Source: Octopus bimaculoides (Eukaryota). Taken from it: 37,837 nt of DNA. Made by a program: the position numbers and the translations under genes. How positions within the stretch are numbered: the first letter of the stretch is position 1; each line of letters begins with the position of its first letter. Below are positions 1 to 11,946 of the stretch, in pieces. The notes below the pieces were generated by a model, which searched no databases, was not told the origin of the DNA, and was given only the letters and a program-made list of their open reading frames with translations. The stretch lies in the NCBI RefSeq assembly GCF_001194135.2, contig NC_068989.1, forward strand, positions 19,618,555 through 19,656,391, written 5' to 3'.

Positions 1-658
1 GTTCTATCAATTTATACCTGAAAAAATCACTTCTAAGTAGACTTCTGTAAATTGCATGCATTCACAGCAAGCAGCAATAACAACAATAACAACAATAATA
101 GTTTTGAGGTGCAAGAAGAAGAAGAAGAAGAAGAATCATTCTTAACCACAAAACACGTGCAGACACCAAACAAGCCTCAGAATTAAAAACGAAAGTGTAG
201 AGTATTCTTTAAAACATTACAACTGAAAGGCTTATAATTCCAGCATTTTGAGTAACACATTTCTGATCATTCAGCTGGTAATTTGAGCTTGTTTCCCAAT
301 ATTTTTGTTTGAATACATTTTGAAATATTACATGAAAGTTATGAAGAATGCATTTATCTTTATGCTCCTTTAAAAGAAAAAAAAAAAAAACTGTCAGAAT
401 GTTACCATTAGTTTCATGCAAAATATTGCATCGAAACAATATTGATAACTGTTCAGATTTGCTGGTCAAAAGTGTATAGATTCTTTTATGCTAGAGGTAC
501 CATGAGTCTTTGTTAGGCAGTGTCAAAAGTGGAATAAAATTTAATGAAAAAATATTTTTGGAAAGGAAGAGTTATTCCCCATAAATTGGTGTTGGCCATG
601 GGTGAAGTGTGTAAGCTGTATGTGTATCATTCACTGTTTCAAAAATGGACATGACTCT

Positions 659-1085
659 GTTGTCAAAACGAATTTACATTTATAAAGACAGCAGTTGAAA
701 ATTTCCCATTTGAAGTTCAAGAAAGTGCCAAGATTGTGTGAATTTTTTTAGAATGATTCTCTCCTCCATCAAGCAGAGTCTGCATCTCCTTTTATTAAGA
801 TACAGCCTAGATTGTTCCAGCAACCTCTGGTTGATATTGTACGATGTTATGTCCTCTTTTAATAACCATCAAATATAGCTGGCTAAAGTTGTAACATTGC
901 ACCTTTCCTGGATCCAAAAGGAAGATTTATGATAATTCAACCTGGCTTTAAAGGGGCCCTATGAATTCCTGTATATACATCATATTACTGGTGCCAAGCA
1001 TACTGTTTCAGAGACCACAGATTCTCTGTTGCATTGAGCATCCATTGGGCACTCAGAGTAAAATGTACATCAACATCTCACTCCT
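659..1085 (-). mobile_element. Decayed Penelope-like element, GIY-YIG endonuclease C-terminal region (stops and frameshifts)
   Basis: Manual minus-strand translation across frameshifts gives C*C..ECPMDAQCNRESVV / YTG / GPFKARLNYHKSSF..TTLASYI*WLLKEDITSYNI..KRRCRLCLMEERIIL / FLNFKWEIFNCCLYKCKFVL. This follows the Penelope motif order CxC..CPLxGxC..Y(I)G..FKxRxxxHxxSF..LSxYIW..KRCxLCLxE..LN. Confidence 0.85.
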
Positions 1086-1529
1086 GCCTGCTGTTTCAAA
1101 CTTGCCTAATGTTGATGGTATAATAAGATATCTTATATATATATATATTATTTTTAGATAAGAATGTTGCTGACTGTGACTTTAGCCAGCTAAGCCATCA
1201 TCTGACAATGGCTTAGCTGATTAAAACTTTGAAGTCTCTGTCAATCCTGAATATATATATATATATTAATGTTTGTGTTTATGCTGTGAAGTGGTTGATG
1301 ATAGGAAAGGCATTCCACCATAAAAATCATGTTACATATAAAATAAAAAACAAAACAAAACGAAACAAAACATGAGCTACATAGCAACAAAGATTGGGAG
1401 TTTTCTGTTGTGTGAATTCCATGAGAATAGATTGCAATAGGTAGCAAGCCATTGTACTAGAATAAACAAACGTTCAAACTATCCTTAAATACAAAAACGA
1501 AAGTAGAAGACGATTATACATATATACAT

Positions 1530-1576
1530 GCACACACACACACACACACACACACACTCTCTCTCTCATACACATA

Positions 1577-1613
<37 letters not shown>

Positions 1614-1634
1614 CNNNNNNNNNNNNNNNNNNNN

Positions 1635-1687
<53 letters not shown>

Positions 1688-1690
1688 CTT
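1530..1690. repeat. Compound microsatellite (CA)n(CT)n(TATC)n(TA)n(GA)n around a 20-N gap
   Basis: Directly visible; Ns at 1615-1634. Confidence 0.95.
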
Positions 1691-1879
1691 GAAATGGTAG
1701 AATTTTGCCGCATGGATTAATCGAAAGATGAAGTCGTAGTCTCTCTCTCTCTCTTACGCACATACACACATACATAGATGTATGCGTGTTCACCCATATC
1801 GTACACATGTGTGTATGCATGCGTGTAGTTGTAGTTCTTACATAATGTTGCTTACACGTGTATGTGTGAGTGTGTGTAT

Positions 1880-2700
1880 TGATAGTCGCAGTTCTGAGTC
1901 TACGAGTCTACGATAGATGGCAGTGGTGGATCTTGCGTTGAAACGATATTCGGAGTGGTGGGCGGTGTTTCGATGTTTTGTTATCTAAGTAACCTAATAA
2001 CAACACAAGACGGAAGAAACAGGAACTGCACAACTGTAATCCGATATAAGAAACCAGCAACAACAAGGACAATACAGAAAAGAAAAGAAAGAAACAACGA
2101 ACTGTAAAAATTGAAAGAAAAAATATATACAATGAAACATAAGAAGAAAAAAATAGAAGGTATGTCAGCGAGATTTTAAGGTACCCGCGCAGCGGTTGAG
2201 TAACAAGATTAACAAATATACATCAAACAGCAGCAATAAAAACAACAACAAGCAACGTTGAAATGCCGAAAGCTGCCGCTTGAAACTTGTGTGGTTGTTA
2301 ACTGGTGGTTACTTATAAGATTATTGCTTCAGTCCATTAATTGAAGGACAGGCGGTCGGTCGGTCGGTCGGGCTGAGAAGAGATCTGTCGGACGCACAGG
2401 CTATCGGAACGATTTTACATGTCTTGCCTTACGTCTTATTCCTCCTATAAGGCATCCTCGATGTAAATGGAATTATAAAACAGAAAGAACAGAAGAGTCT
2501 TCAGAATGTCCCTAAAGGTAAACAGCGTTATTGGTTTCTATCGATTAAGACAAAACGTAAATAAAGGGATAACAGGTGGGAAATTAAAGAATCAGAAAAA
2601 AAAAAAGAAAAAAGGAAAGGAGAAAAATGAAAAGGTCATCGATATTTCTGAGAAATCGAAAATTTTTTTCATAGACAGTTACGATAAATTCATGGTTCTG
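1880..2700. promoter_or_regulatory. CpG-retaining, non-repetitive block; possible promoter or first-exon region
   Basis: Many CpGs (cccgcgcagcgg, (cggt)n at about 2352-2370) against CpG-poor flanks. Donor-like sites occur on both strands (AAG|GTATGT about 2159 +, AAG|GTAAAC about 2517 +, GAC|GTAAGG about 2430 -). Confidence 0.3.
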
Positions 2701-2749
2701 TACCTATGTGTCTATATATGTATAAATCTCTAGCATTTTCCCTTTTTAT

Positions 2750-3070
2750 TTCTGTGTATATATGTACGTGTGTATGTATGTATCTGTGTGTGTATGTACG
2801 TGTACCTGCGTGTGTATGCATTTGTGTGTATGTGTGCTTATGTATACATACATTGATATATATATATATATATATGTGTGTGTATATATATATATATCTA
2901 TATATGCTTGTATTTATGTGTGTGATCTTAAAAATAACAATCAGATTCTGATTGTCGAGATCTCTTTGGAATTTGAACAACTGAGAGAAACTCGATGTTT
3001 GCCTCTATGTATGTATGTATGTATGTATGTATGTGTGTGTGTATGTATGTATGTATGTATTTGTGTGTGG
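2750..3070. repeat. (TG)n/(TA)n/(TATG)n low-complexity tract
   Basis: Directly visible; it is the source of several spurious ORFs. Confidence 0.9.
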
Positions 3071-3074
3071 AGGT

Positions 3075-3270
3075 GCGTGTTTAGTCGCCGGTCACTCTTC
3101 ATTGAGCAGACATGATCAGAGGTATTCCAGTGATGACCTTCTGAAATTTAGGGGCATTCTGGGACTACATTATCTAATGTCTCCTTTATTTTCAGGACTA
3201 AAATGATTTGAATGAGATTTGACTGCTATTTCTAGCAGTTCTAGCTATCACACAGACTGCTTCATTGACT
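3075..3270 (-). mobile_element. Dispersed repeat of the ctgctagaaatagcagccaaat family (SINE-like 3' body)
   Basis: Similar to copies at about 11160-11375, 18030-18220, 18370-18600, 18660-18830 and 35980-36200. Confidence 0.6.
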
Positions 3271-3286
3271 CATATATATATGTGTG

Positions 3287-3340
<54 letters not shown>

Positions 3341-4559
3341 ATGTGTATACACACATATCAAGAGATATATAAAACAAATTAAAGGTAATTAAACTCAATG
3401 CTGTCTGTCTATCTATCTATCTATCTATCTGTTTATATTGTGTGAGTGTGTGTGTGTGTGTAGACTCTGTACATTTGTATGTGAACATTATATCTTTATG
3501 GGTCGCAAATGTAAATGTTTGTTACGATAACACTAATAACCCTAACTACTGTGACCCTTCCCACCTCCATCGCCACCACTTCCCACATCATCTGTTTAAC
3601 TGAGTCAATATTTCAAACCTCGTTTGTTATTTGTTTCTATAACCACGTTATCTTGGGTAGGTGGGTTGGTGAGTGGTGGAATATCTTGACTCATCTATGT
3701 ACATGTTGTATATATAATTATAGGATTTGTCACATAGATGTTGGGTTTACCGAGGAAAAAAATAAAACATTAAAAAAATGGTATTAACGTGTGTCCTAAG
3801 GGCTCCTGCAAACCAGTTAATGCAGTTTAAAGAAACGAAACCGTACTGCCTCACACACTAGCTATATTATAAACATGCAGGATGTAAGTTTTGACTTTGA
3901 GTCTAACAAATTTGGACGCCAAATAAAACTAATAATATAGATGTATGTACGTGTTTTGTATGTCTCTATGTATGTCAGGTCATTCTTAGTGCTGTTGTTA
4001 TCATGTAACTCAATACAACTTGTTGCATGGTTAGGTTGTCAGCGATTAAACCGGCGACCTTACCAAGCCTGATTAGTAAAGGAGAATGGTTTTCGTTTGA
4101 CACCTTGCAGGGTGTGAGAGCCCCCGCTCCCGCCCCGACTTCTAGACATCTCTCTGGAAAGAAAACTGATGCAATACCTGGGCCTTCGTTTGCATCCAAT
4201 GATGTTGACTAGTTCTTTTTGGGCAAATGCATATATTGTTTAAAGAAAAGGGGTGATCCTGTGCAAGGCCTTTCTCCAGTATATAAAAAGCTTCAAGCAC
4301 TGACATCACTTGATTTTTGATATCTCTATATGCGTTGTATATAATGGCATAGCTTTAGTGTGAGGGGAGGATGCAGGCAGTTTGCTTCAGGTAATGGCAC
4401 TTTTGAGCCTGCTGTATAAGCTTATATATGCTTATGGAGGACTGGAAGGTGCAAACCCAAGGGCTGCGCTGGCAGTACACACTCTAGCTATGTCATTACT
4501 TGCATACTATCGCTGGCCATAGCTGAAAAAGCAAAACATTCAATGAAAAATTCCATGAT

Positions 4560-4690
4560 GGAATGAAGGCATGTGTCAGCATGGGTGATAAGCTCTCTGA
4601 ACACCTGGTCCAATAACCTTGTTGCCACATCTGTGCAAAAGTGTGTAAGTCCCTAGCAGAACTGAAAAGCCACATCTATATTGCTTGTGT
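4560..4690 (+). mobile_element. RTE-clade LINE 3' end with C2H2-like zinc finger remnant
   Basis: 4623-4680 translates to CHICAKVCKSLAELKSHIY, matching the CxxCx3CKSxxGLKSH tail I associate with RTE ORFs. Confidence 0.55.
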
Positions 4691-4774
4691 TTAAGAGAAC
4701 AATCAAGTGATGATTTTACTCAAATTTGAGTTGCAGCCATCATTTATGTATGTATGTGTGTGTGTGAGAGAGAA

Positions 4775-5180
4775 TGTGAATGCATGCATGACTGCTGGTT
4801 GGTTGGCACTCCATTGGTTATGACGAGGGTTCCAGTTGATCCGATCAATGGAACAGCCTGCTCGTGAAATTAACGTGCAAGTGGCTGAGCACTCCACAGA
4901 CACGTGTACCCTTAACATAGTTCTTGGGGGAGAATCAGCGTGACACAGAATGTGACATGGCTGGCCCTTTGAATTACAGGCACAACAGAAACAGGAAGAA
5001 AGAGAGAGAGAAAGTTGTGGTGAAAGAGTACAGCAGGGTTCGCCACCACCCCCTGCCAGAGCCTTGTGGAGCTTTAGGTGTTTTCGCTCAATAAACACTC
5101 ACAATGCCCGGTCTGGAAATCAAAACCACGATCCTACGACCGCGAGTCTGCTGCCCTAACCACTGGGCCATTGCGCCTCC
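4775..5180 (-). mobile_element. tRNA-derived SINE (octopus OR/OK-like)
   Basis: Minus strand begins ggaggcgcaaTGGCCCAGTGGttagggcagcagactcgcggtcgtaggatcgtGGTTTTGATTTCC (A box and degenerate B box), followed by a unique body. Confidence 0.75.
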
Positions 5181-5524
5181 AGGCATGACTGCATATGCAT
5201 GTTTTTGTTCCTTTTGATTGGAATTAACCTACCATCTGCTCAGTGGAAAGGTTGCATAAAAATAATATAAATAAGACAAGTTCCTGGCTTTGGATAAAAG
5301 AAAATACAGGAGGACCAGTTAATTATGATTTTATTCAACGTCTCAGATTCAGACACTTATTGCAGCAGTCCTTCAGTTTTTCTAAGACTTGTAAAAGAAC
5401 TCAGAAGGTTGGGCCTCCAGCCAGGCCTTTCATGATACCCTAAAAGCCAAGAACTTTTCAGCAACCCTCATATGTATGTATGTGTGTGTATGCATTTGTA
5501 TGTATATAAAGCTGGGTGTATAGA

Positions 5525-6381
5525 CAGAGTGTGATGGGTAAATTGTTGTCATTTTATATTGTTAATTTCGTGCATGCACGTTCTTTTTGATTTTGTTGCC
5601 TACATAGTATAGTAGGGTCAGCTGGGCACTGTCTGTGAGAAAAACAGCACCATGACGCAATTCACTCTACCAGAAATTTGGAAACATGTTGTACTGCTTG
5701 GCATTTGCATCAGAAGCTCCAATATGAACATTTTAGAGTGTTTGGGTGTCAATCAGAGGACATGTACTGAGAGTAATAACATCCAGTCAACATCATAGTG
5801 TTTGGAGTGATCACTAGTGATGGTGATGTTATGCTTCCATTCAACTTCCTACATGGCCTCGGACTCAACACAGAAACCTACTTCAAGTGCCTGGAGGAGG
5901 TAGTGCTGCCTTGGGTCAAGAGGGTAATTGCTGGAACACCCTATGTCTGGCAACAGGACTCTGCACCATGCCACACAAGCAGGAGAACCCAGTCATGGCT
6001 GTCAGACAATTTCTGTGATCACATCACTCCTAACATCTGGCCACCCAACTCCTCAGGTTGCAACCCTTTGATTACTATGTGTGGTGCACAGTTGAGCAAG
6101 AGACCAACAAAACTCCTTGTAACACCAAAGATGAACTGAAGGCAAGGATTATGGCAGCATTCACCCACTTGAACAAGGAGACTGCCCAGAAGAGTTGCAG
6201 GAGATTCTGAAGTTATCTGGAGGCCATGGTTGAAGCCAATGGCGATTTTATTGGATAAATTTACTCTTTAGTATTTCAAGATATTTTTATGTAATTTTGG
6301 TAAATATATCTGTTAAAATGAGACGTCAGTGTTATTTTCATTCTTGCATAATTTAGACAACAGTTTATTCACTGCACCATG
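5525..6381 (+). mobile_element. Internally deleted DD37D (maT-type) Tc1/mariner transposon relic
   Basis: ORF 5798-6139 plus a frameshifted tail gives QQD-SAPCH...WPPNSSGCNP(L)-DYYVW with 37 residues between the 2nd and 3rd Asp. Imperfect TIRs (cagagtgtgatgggtaaattgttgtc / gacaacagtttattcactgcaccatg) lie in TA context. Confidence 0.88.
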
Positions 6382-6743
6382 TATATATTGATTAAAGAGG
6401 ATCACTTAATAATGGGGCACATACCGTTGGGTTATGCTGTCCAGTAGTATGTTGATATTTGCTCTTATGCAACATTGTACAACCTGAATATTTGAGAGGT
6501 TTTCTGTCTTGTTTTGCAGTATCTTATAAATGCTGCACTTGATACATATCTACCTGTACGATGTTACAATGCAGTAAAATCTCTAAATAAAACAATTCTA
6601 GCAATACTGGATAATCCATTTGTTGCTTTTATTTTTTTACACACACACACACACATATATATAGTAAAGACTATTTGCCAACATAATGGGGCTGAACAAC
6701 AGTAACAATCATCCCTTTCAGGACAGCCACATATATATATATA

Positions 6744-7367
6744 CAGTGGTACCTTGACTTATGAGTTTAATTCGTTCCGTGCAGGTGCTTATTACTTGTA
6801 TGTCAAATCAAATTTGCCCATTGAAATTAATTGCAATGCCATTAAGCCGTTCTGGGCCCCTCAAAAAACATGATAATTATTTTTGTTATGTGTTTTTAAA
6901 TAAGAAAAATGTATTTATAAATAAAAAATATTGTATAAAAAATACAATGGAATATACTGCAATAAACTGGTTTTATTAAGTATAATGTACAACATTTACC
7001 TTGAAGAGCAGACGACTTGAGGATGCTGACGGAGGTGGAGGAGAAAGGCTGAACTGAATAACTGAATCTTATTTGCTGATTTTTGCCCTTTTTTGTCATG
7101 CTTTCCTCACTTTCATCTATAGGAGTTTTTGATAAAAACCTGTCCAATAAGGTTTGTTTTATCCTCACTTTCCGAGCATTTCTGAAATGCTGGGTGGATG
7201 TTACGGCATTCACTGTGGCATTTGCTATGCCAACTAGTAGTGGGGTATCTGAAGCTGGCTTGTAACCCGAATTTTAGCTTGCAACTCAAAGCAAAAAATT
7301 TGCTGAGAGATGGATTGTATCTTGAAAAACTCATTAGTTGGTACACTCGTAAGTTAAGGTGCCACTA
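6744..7367 (-). mobile_element. Tigger/pogo-like non-autonomous DNA transposon
   Basis: TIRs cagtggtaccttgacttatgagt / actcgtaagttaaggtgccacta are flanked by TA. The minus-strand remnant QHFRNARKVRIKQTLLDRFLSK resembles the Tigger transposase C-terminus. Confidence 0.85.
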
Positions 7368-7385
7368 TAGATAGATGTATGTATA

Positions 7386-7512
<127 letters not shown>

Positions 7513-7698
7513 TTTTATTTGTTTCAGTCATTTGACTACGGCCATTTTACTACCCACTCAATGCTATACCAGTTATAGTCTTTCATTGCTAGGCACTTTT
7601 TATTTTAGTTGCAGTTCAAATCAGTTTTAGGTGATAAGTCAACCTGAGCACTTATGTATACACCTATTACATTACATCATTAGATACAATTTTACCTG

Positions 7699-7737
<39 letters not shown>

Positions 7738-7741
<4 letters not shown>

Positions 7742-8988
7742 GTCATTAAGAATGAAATGTCTGATTTTCTTATGCACCAAGTTTGACAGTCATCAACTCT
7801 AATGTTTTATCCTGAAAATTCTTTGTTTTACAACATTGATGAGTTACATCATCACTTTTTGCGAAATGCAATTCATGGTGTCTGATTATATTGTATTTTC
7901 TCTTGTGAATCAATTTTTGTGAACCCATGGATAGATAAAAAAATTGCTTACGAATATGAGTTCTGTCATGGAACCAATGCATCCCAGACAGCTCGAAACA
8001 TCAATGAGGTGCTTGTGAAGATGTGGCAAATAAGTGCACTGTATGTCGATGGTTTGAGAAGTTCTGGTCTGGTGACTTTACTCTTGAAAATCAGCTCTGT
8101 ATTAGACCTGAGACCAAGGTGTATAATGATGAGTTAGAAACTGTAGTGGAGGTGGATACATCTCAAACTACGCATGAGTTAGCAGCAAGGTTTGATGTTT
8201 TGATTCCAACTGTATCGGACCATCTGAAACAAATCGGCAAGGTAAAATAGCTGGACAAGTGCGTACTGCATAAATGAACATGAAATGACACGTCCATCTT
8301 GAAACCCGCTGTTCTTTGCTGTCACAGCATAAAAGTGAACCATTTTTGCATCGTATTGTTACATGTGATGAAAAATGGATTCTTTTCAACAATAGCAAGC
8401 ATTCTGCATAGTGGTTGGATAGAGACGAAGTACAAAAACACAATCCAAAAAAGAATATTTACCAACAAAAGTTAATGGTGTCTGTTTGGTGGTCCAGCAC
8501 TGGTGCCATCCATTACAATTTCATGAGAGCTGGTAAGTCAATTACAGCAGATGTATACATCAACCAACTGGATGAAATGATGAGTGAACTTGTAATTAAA
8601 CAACCGAAATTGGTCAATAGAGATAGGCCAATTCTCTTGCAAGACAATGCTCAACCACATGTTGCACAAAAAATGGTACTCAGGTTACAGGAACTGAACT
8701 TGGAAATACTCTCTCATCCACCATATTCACCAGAACTTGCACCAACTGACTATCACATTTTGCATGGAAAAAACTTCATATCTGAAGATGCAAAAACAGC
8801 CCTTCGTGATTTCATCACCCATTGCTGTCCAGAATTCTTTGCAGCTGGCATAAATAAGCTACCAATAAAATGGCAAAATTGTGTTGATAATTTAGGTGCA
8901 TACTTGGATTAACTGCATTGCTTTTTGTTGAGATAAAGTAAAATAAACTTTCAGTTCAAAATTGGACATTTCATTCTTAATGACTTGA
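7738..8988 (+). mobile_element. Near full-length mariner (DD34D) transposon with broken transposase
   Basis: TIRs tcaggtcattaagaatgaaatgtc / gacatttcattcttaatgacttga with TA flanks, about 1.25 kb. Motifs IVTCDEKW, LQDNAQPH and HPPYSPELAPTDYH, with 34 residues between the 2nd and 3rd Asp. Split over ORFs 7919, 8023 and 8415. Confidence 0.95.
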
Positions 8989-9329
8989 TATATATATATT
9001 ATATAGTATGTGTGTGTTTGTATGTGTGCAGGGAAATGCTTTCACTTTCATTGGACTCCAGGAAACAATGATGGACCGAAATGTCTTATTTTCAACAATT
9101 AGTGTTTGATCCAGCTTCAGGTATTATTGTGGTGTCATGACTCTCCCCAATGTAGGTAGGGTATGTTATTTGATTGTTTGCAAGTTGGGATTTCCCTGAG
9201 ACTGTCACAGTTTGCAGAGGTTGCCCTTACAGTCTAGGAATGAAGTTCTTTTCATAGTATTAGATAAATGAAGGCATTGGCTAGTAAGTGGAACTTAGTT
9301 TAGCTCAGCTTTAGGTCTTCCTGTGTCGC

Positions 9330-9620
9330 TCAGCACATTGAACAGCAAGTTTACTCCATTGCATTCAGTTGGCTGCTACTCTTGCATATCCATTTCACAC
9401 CTGTCTTTAGGCCATCTTGAAATGTCTGCCATCAAGTGATCTTTGTCCTGCCCCTTTTACACCTGCTGCCAGGTGACACCCAAATCATGGTTGTTTTAGA
9501 GTGTTTTTGGTTGGCTAGATGGAGAATGTGTCCAGCCAGACACAATTGGAAGTGGAACAAAGAAAATTGTTGTGAGAATAGTTTGAATAATGGCAGAACA
9601 TATTTTTCAAAAAGAAAGAT
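9330..9620 (-). mobile_element. RTE-clade LINE C-terminal fragment
   Basis: LCLAGHILHLANQKHSKTTMIWVSPGSRCKRGRTKIT*WQT resembles the RTE motif LRWxGHVLR..PK..W.P..KRxRGRPxxTW. Confidence 0.7.
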
Positions 9621-10149
9621 CACCATTGAAGTTTCCATGTATTTGTACAGCACCCAATAGACAGAACACACACACACATTCTGATTAGCAGTTAAAGCTG
9701 ACTTTGAGTAATAATTAAAAAAAATTACAGAAATAATAATTATTCACTTATCTTAAATTTAGCTCACTCACAATAACTTCTTTCATAAATGACAAATATA
9801 TGTTCATGAGCTGCCAATAATGAAAATAGCCAAATACTTGCCCAAATTAATTTGAGAAATGTGTACCTTCAATACCACTATAAAATATTCATTGCATAGT
9901 AATCTTTTCCTACAATGTAGATCTTGGATCCAAAGAAAGGCTGGTGATAGAAGGAGGTCTGAATGTACTAGAAGCTTCTGTCTGTCTGTGTATCTTCCTA
10001 TCTGCCTGCCTGCCTGCATGCAGGGCCAGTTCAAGGTACTGGAAACTGGGGCAGTTGTCTGAGGTGCCATGTGCTTTTTAGTCTATATTTTCAATTTTTC
10101 TCCTTGTGAACGTTTTAAAAAATTATACTTGTAAGGCACTGAAGTTCAG

Positions 10150-11045
10150 CTTGCCTGGGGCGCCAGTAACCCTAGGGCTGGCCCTGCTTGCCTGTATATA
10201 ACTCCTGTATGCTGATGACCTTGTTCTCATTGTAGAATCTGTGTAAGATTTGGAGAAGCAATTCCAGACATAGGGGCAAAATCTGGAATTGAAGGACTTT
10301 AAAGTAAACTGAGTGAAGACTAAAGCCATGATAAGTAAAAAGAAGACATGTCCCTGAAGCTGTCAGGGAAATGGCTATGCTTAGTTTGCAGAAAAAGAAT
10401 AGGTAGAAACTCTATACTGTGCTTAGTTTAAACAATGGATGCACAGGAAGTATAGTGGGATCACAGGTAGGCTAACTGGAAGGGCAAATTTGCTTGGAAT
10501 ATACCCTTAAAAATGATTCTTTCTACTGCTCAGAAGGCTTCCTATAAGTAGTCGATGGTCTTTGTTTCTTAGGTCATTACATTAGCAGTGGGAGTGTGTG
10601 CACTGAAAGCATAGAAGCCAAAGTAAAAACAAGTTCAGTGTTAATACCTTTGCTGGTAAAAAGAGCTCTCTCTTCAAATGAAAGGCAGATTGTATGATGT
10701 TTGTGTGTGAAGTGGATTGCTACATGATAGTAACATCTGGGTCATGAACGCAGAGGATATGTGAAGGCTAGAAAGAAATGAGGCAAGCATGCTCTGCTGA
10801 ATGTAAAATGTCAATGTGCATTAATGATACAATACAAATGACTTGAGAGACTAAATGTATATAAGATAAATTAGATGCTGTTTGCAAGAAATAAAACTGC
10901 AATGGTATGGGCATGTGATGTATATGGATGATGTCAGCAGCATAAAGAAGTGTCAAGGGCTTAAAAGTGATGGTGCCTGTGGAAGAGGAAGACTAGAAAG
11001 ACAAAAGCTGAAGTGATGAAAACTGATTTCAAGGTGGTGAGCCTC
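10150..11045 (+). mobile_element. Decayed RTE-clade LINE reverse transcriptase 3' half
   Basis: ctcctgtatgctgatgaccttgttctc encodes LLYADDLVL (RT active site). It is followed by fragments similar to the copy at 30100-30660 and a GRGRL-like C-terminus. Confidence 0.8.
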
Positions 11046-11159
11046 ATAAAAAGAATATAACATTTCTGCTTGGGACACAACCAACAATCAATATAGAGAT
11101 ATTAGTTATTTACATATATTTAATATACACTCTCACACAGTGTACACACATTCACCTCT

Positions 11160-11375
11160 CACTGCCACATGTGGTAGCCTTAATACAGTTACTTGACTTG
11201 CTGGAAATAGCAGCCAAAACACTTTCAAATCACACTCTGCCACCTTATAAATAGGACTCATTGGATAATGTCATTTGGATATGCTATGCCTGAAAATAAA
11301 ATTCATGGCCATGGTTGGAATGCATTTGATTACAGCTTTGCTTGAGCAAAGCTAGTTTGGTATAAACACCACAAC
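11160..11375 (+). mobile_element. Dispersed repeat of the ctgctagaaatagcagccaaat family
   Basis: Shared with the copies at 3075-3270, 18030-18830 and 35980-36200; ends in (CAC)n/(AAC)n. Confidence 0.55.
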
Positions 11376-11627
11376 CACCACCACGACCACCACCACCACC
11401 GCCGCCAAAAACAACAACACTAACACCAACACACTATATACACATTCACCTCCACACCACCTCACAAACACTACAAATACATACATATATACACACCTCC
11501 AACCATGCTACAGAAACAAAATAGATCTCATTTGTTAACTTTCCCACAGGAAATCATTTAATTTCACAGAATACTCCCCAAATACACACAATTTCGTTAA
11601 TATTTTCATTGAATTTTCCCTCTCATT

Positions 11628-11835
11628 AAGGCAACGAGCTGGCAGAAATGTTAGTACACCGGACAAAATGCTTAGTGGTATTTCATCTGTCTTTACGTTC
11701 TGAGTTCAAATTCCGCTGAGGTCAACTTTGCCTGTTATCCTTTCGGGGTCAATAAATTAAGTACCAGTTGTGTACTAGGGTTGATCTAATCGACTGGGTT
11801 CCTCCCCCAAAATTTCGGGCCTTGTGCCTAAAGTA
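11628..11835 (+). mobile_element. SINE with Nin-domain-like core
   Basis: gagttcaaattcc (B box) is followed by gaggtcaactttgcctgttatcctttcggggtcaataaattaagtaccagt, which resembles the Nin/Deu SINE core as I recall it. Confidence 0.7.
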
Positions 11836-11946
11836 GAAAGATTCTCCTTCTCATTTTGTTTTTATGAAGCTAGCTTTATTATTTATTTTTTTTATAAAAA
11901 AGCTTTTTACATAAAACCCCAAAATATATAACTAAATTTCATACAT

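Noticed and set aside
400-445. Second hammerhead downstream of the Penelope relic (atgca-aaatat-tgcat followed by GAAAC on either strand)
   Set aside because: There is no CUGANGA core at the required position on either strand.
2690-3206. Overlapping ORFs rich in Y/I/V/C/M or H/T (also 7334-7630, 16207-16537, 19254-19628, 20480-20707, 22268-22612, 33162-33400, 35574-35765, 36556-36744)
   Set aside because: They are translations of (TA)n, (TG)n and (TATG)n microsatellites, which lack stops in some frames.
3975-4212. Two antiparallel ORFs with a GC box (cccccgctcccgcccc)
   Set aside because: No recognisable domain or convincing splice pair. It may be an old repeat or a regulatory fragment.
4345-4496. 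Small MITE bounded by atggcatagct / agctatgtcat
   Set aside because: Only an 11-bp imperfect inverted match, with no TSD and no second copy in the window.
5243-5443. 66-codon ORF between a SINE and the DD37D element
   Set aside because: Weak splice signals and no recognisable homology.
9060-9090. Hammerhead-like caatgatggaccgaaatgtc
   Set aside because: The core has several mismatches and stem II is only 2-3 bp, so it cannot be distinguished from chance.
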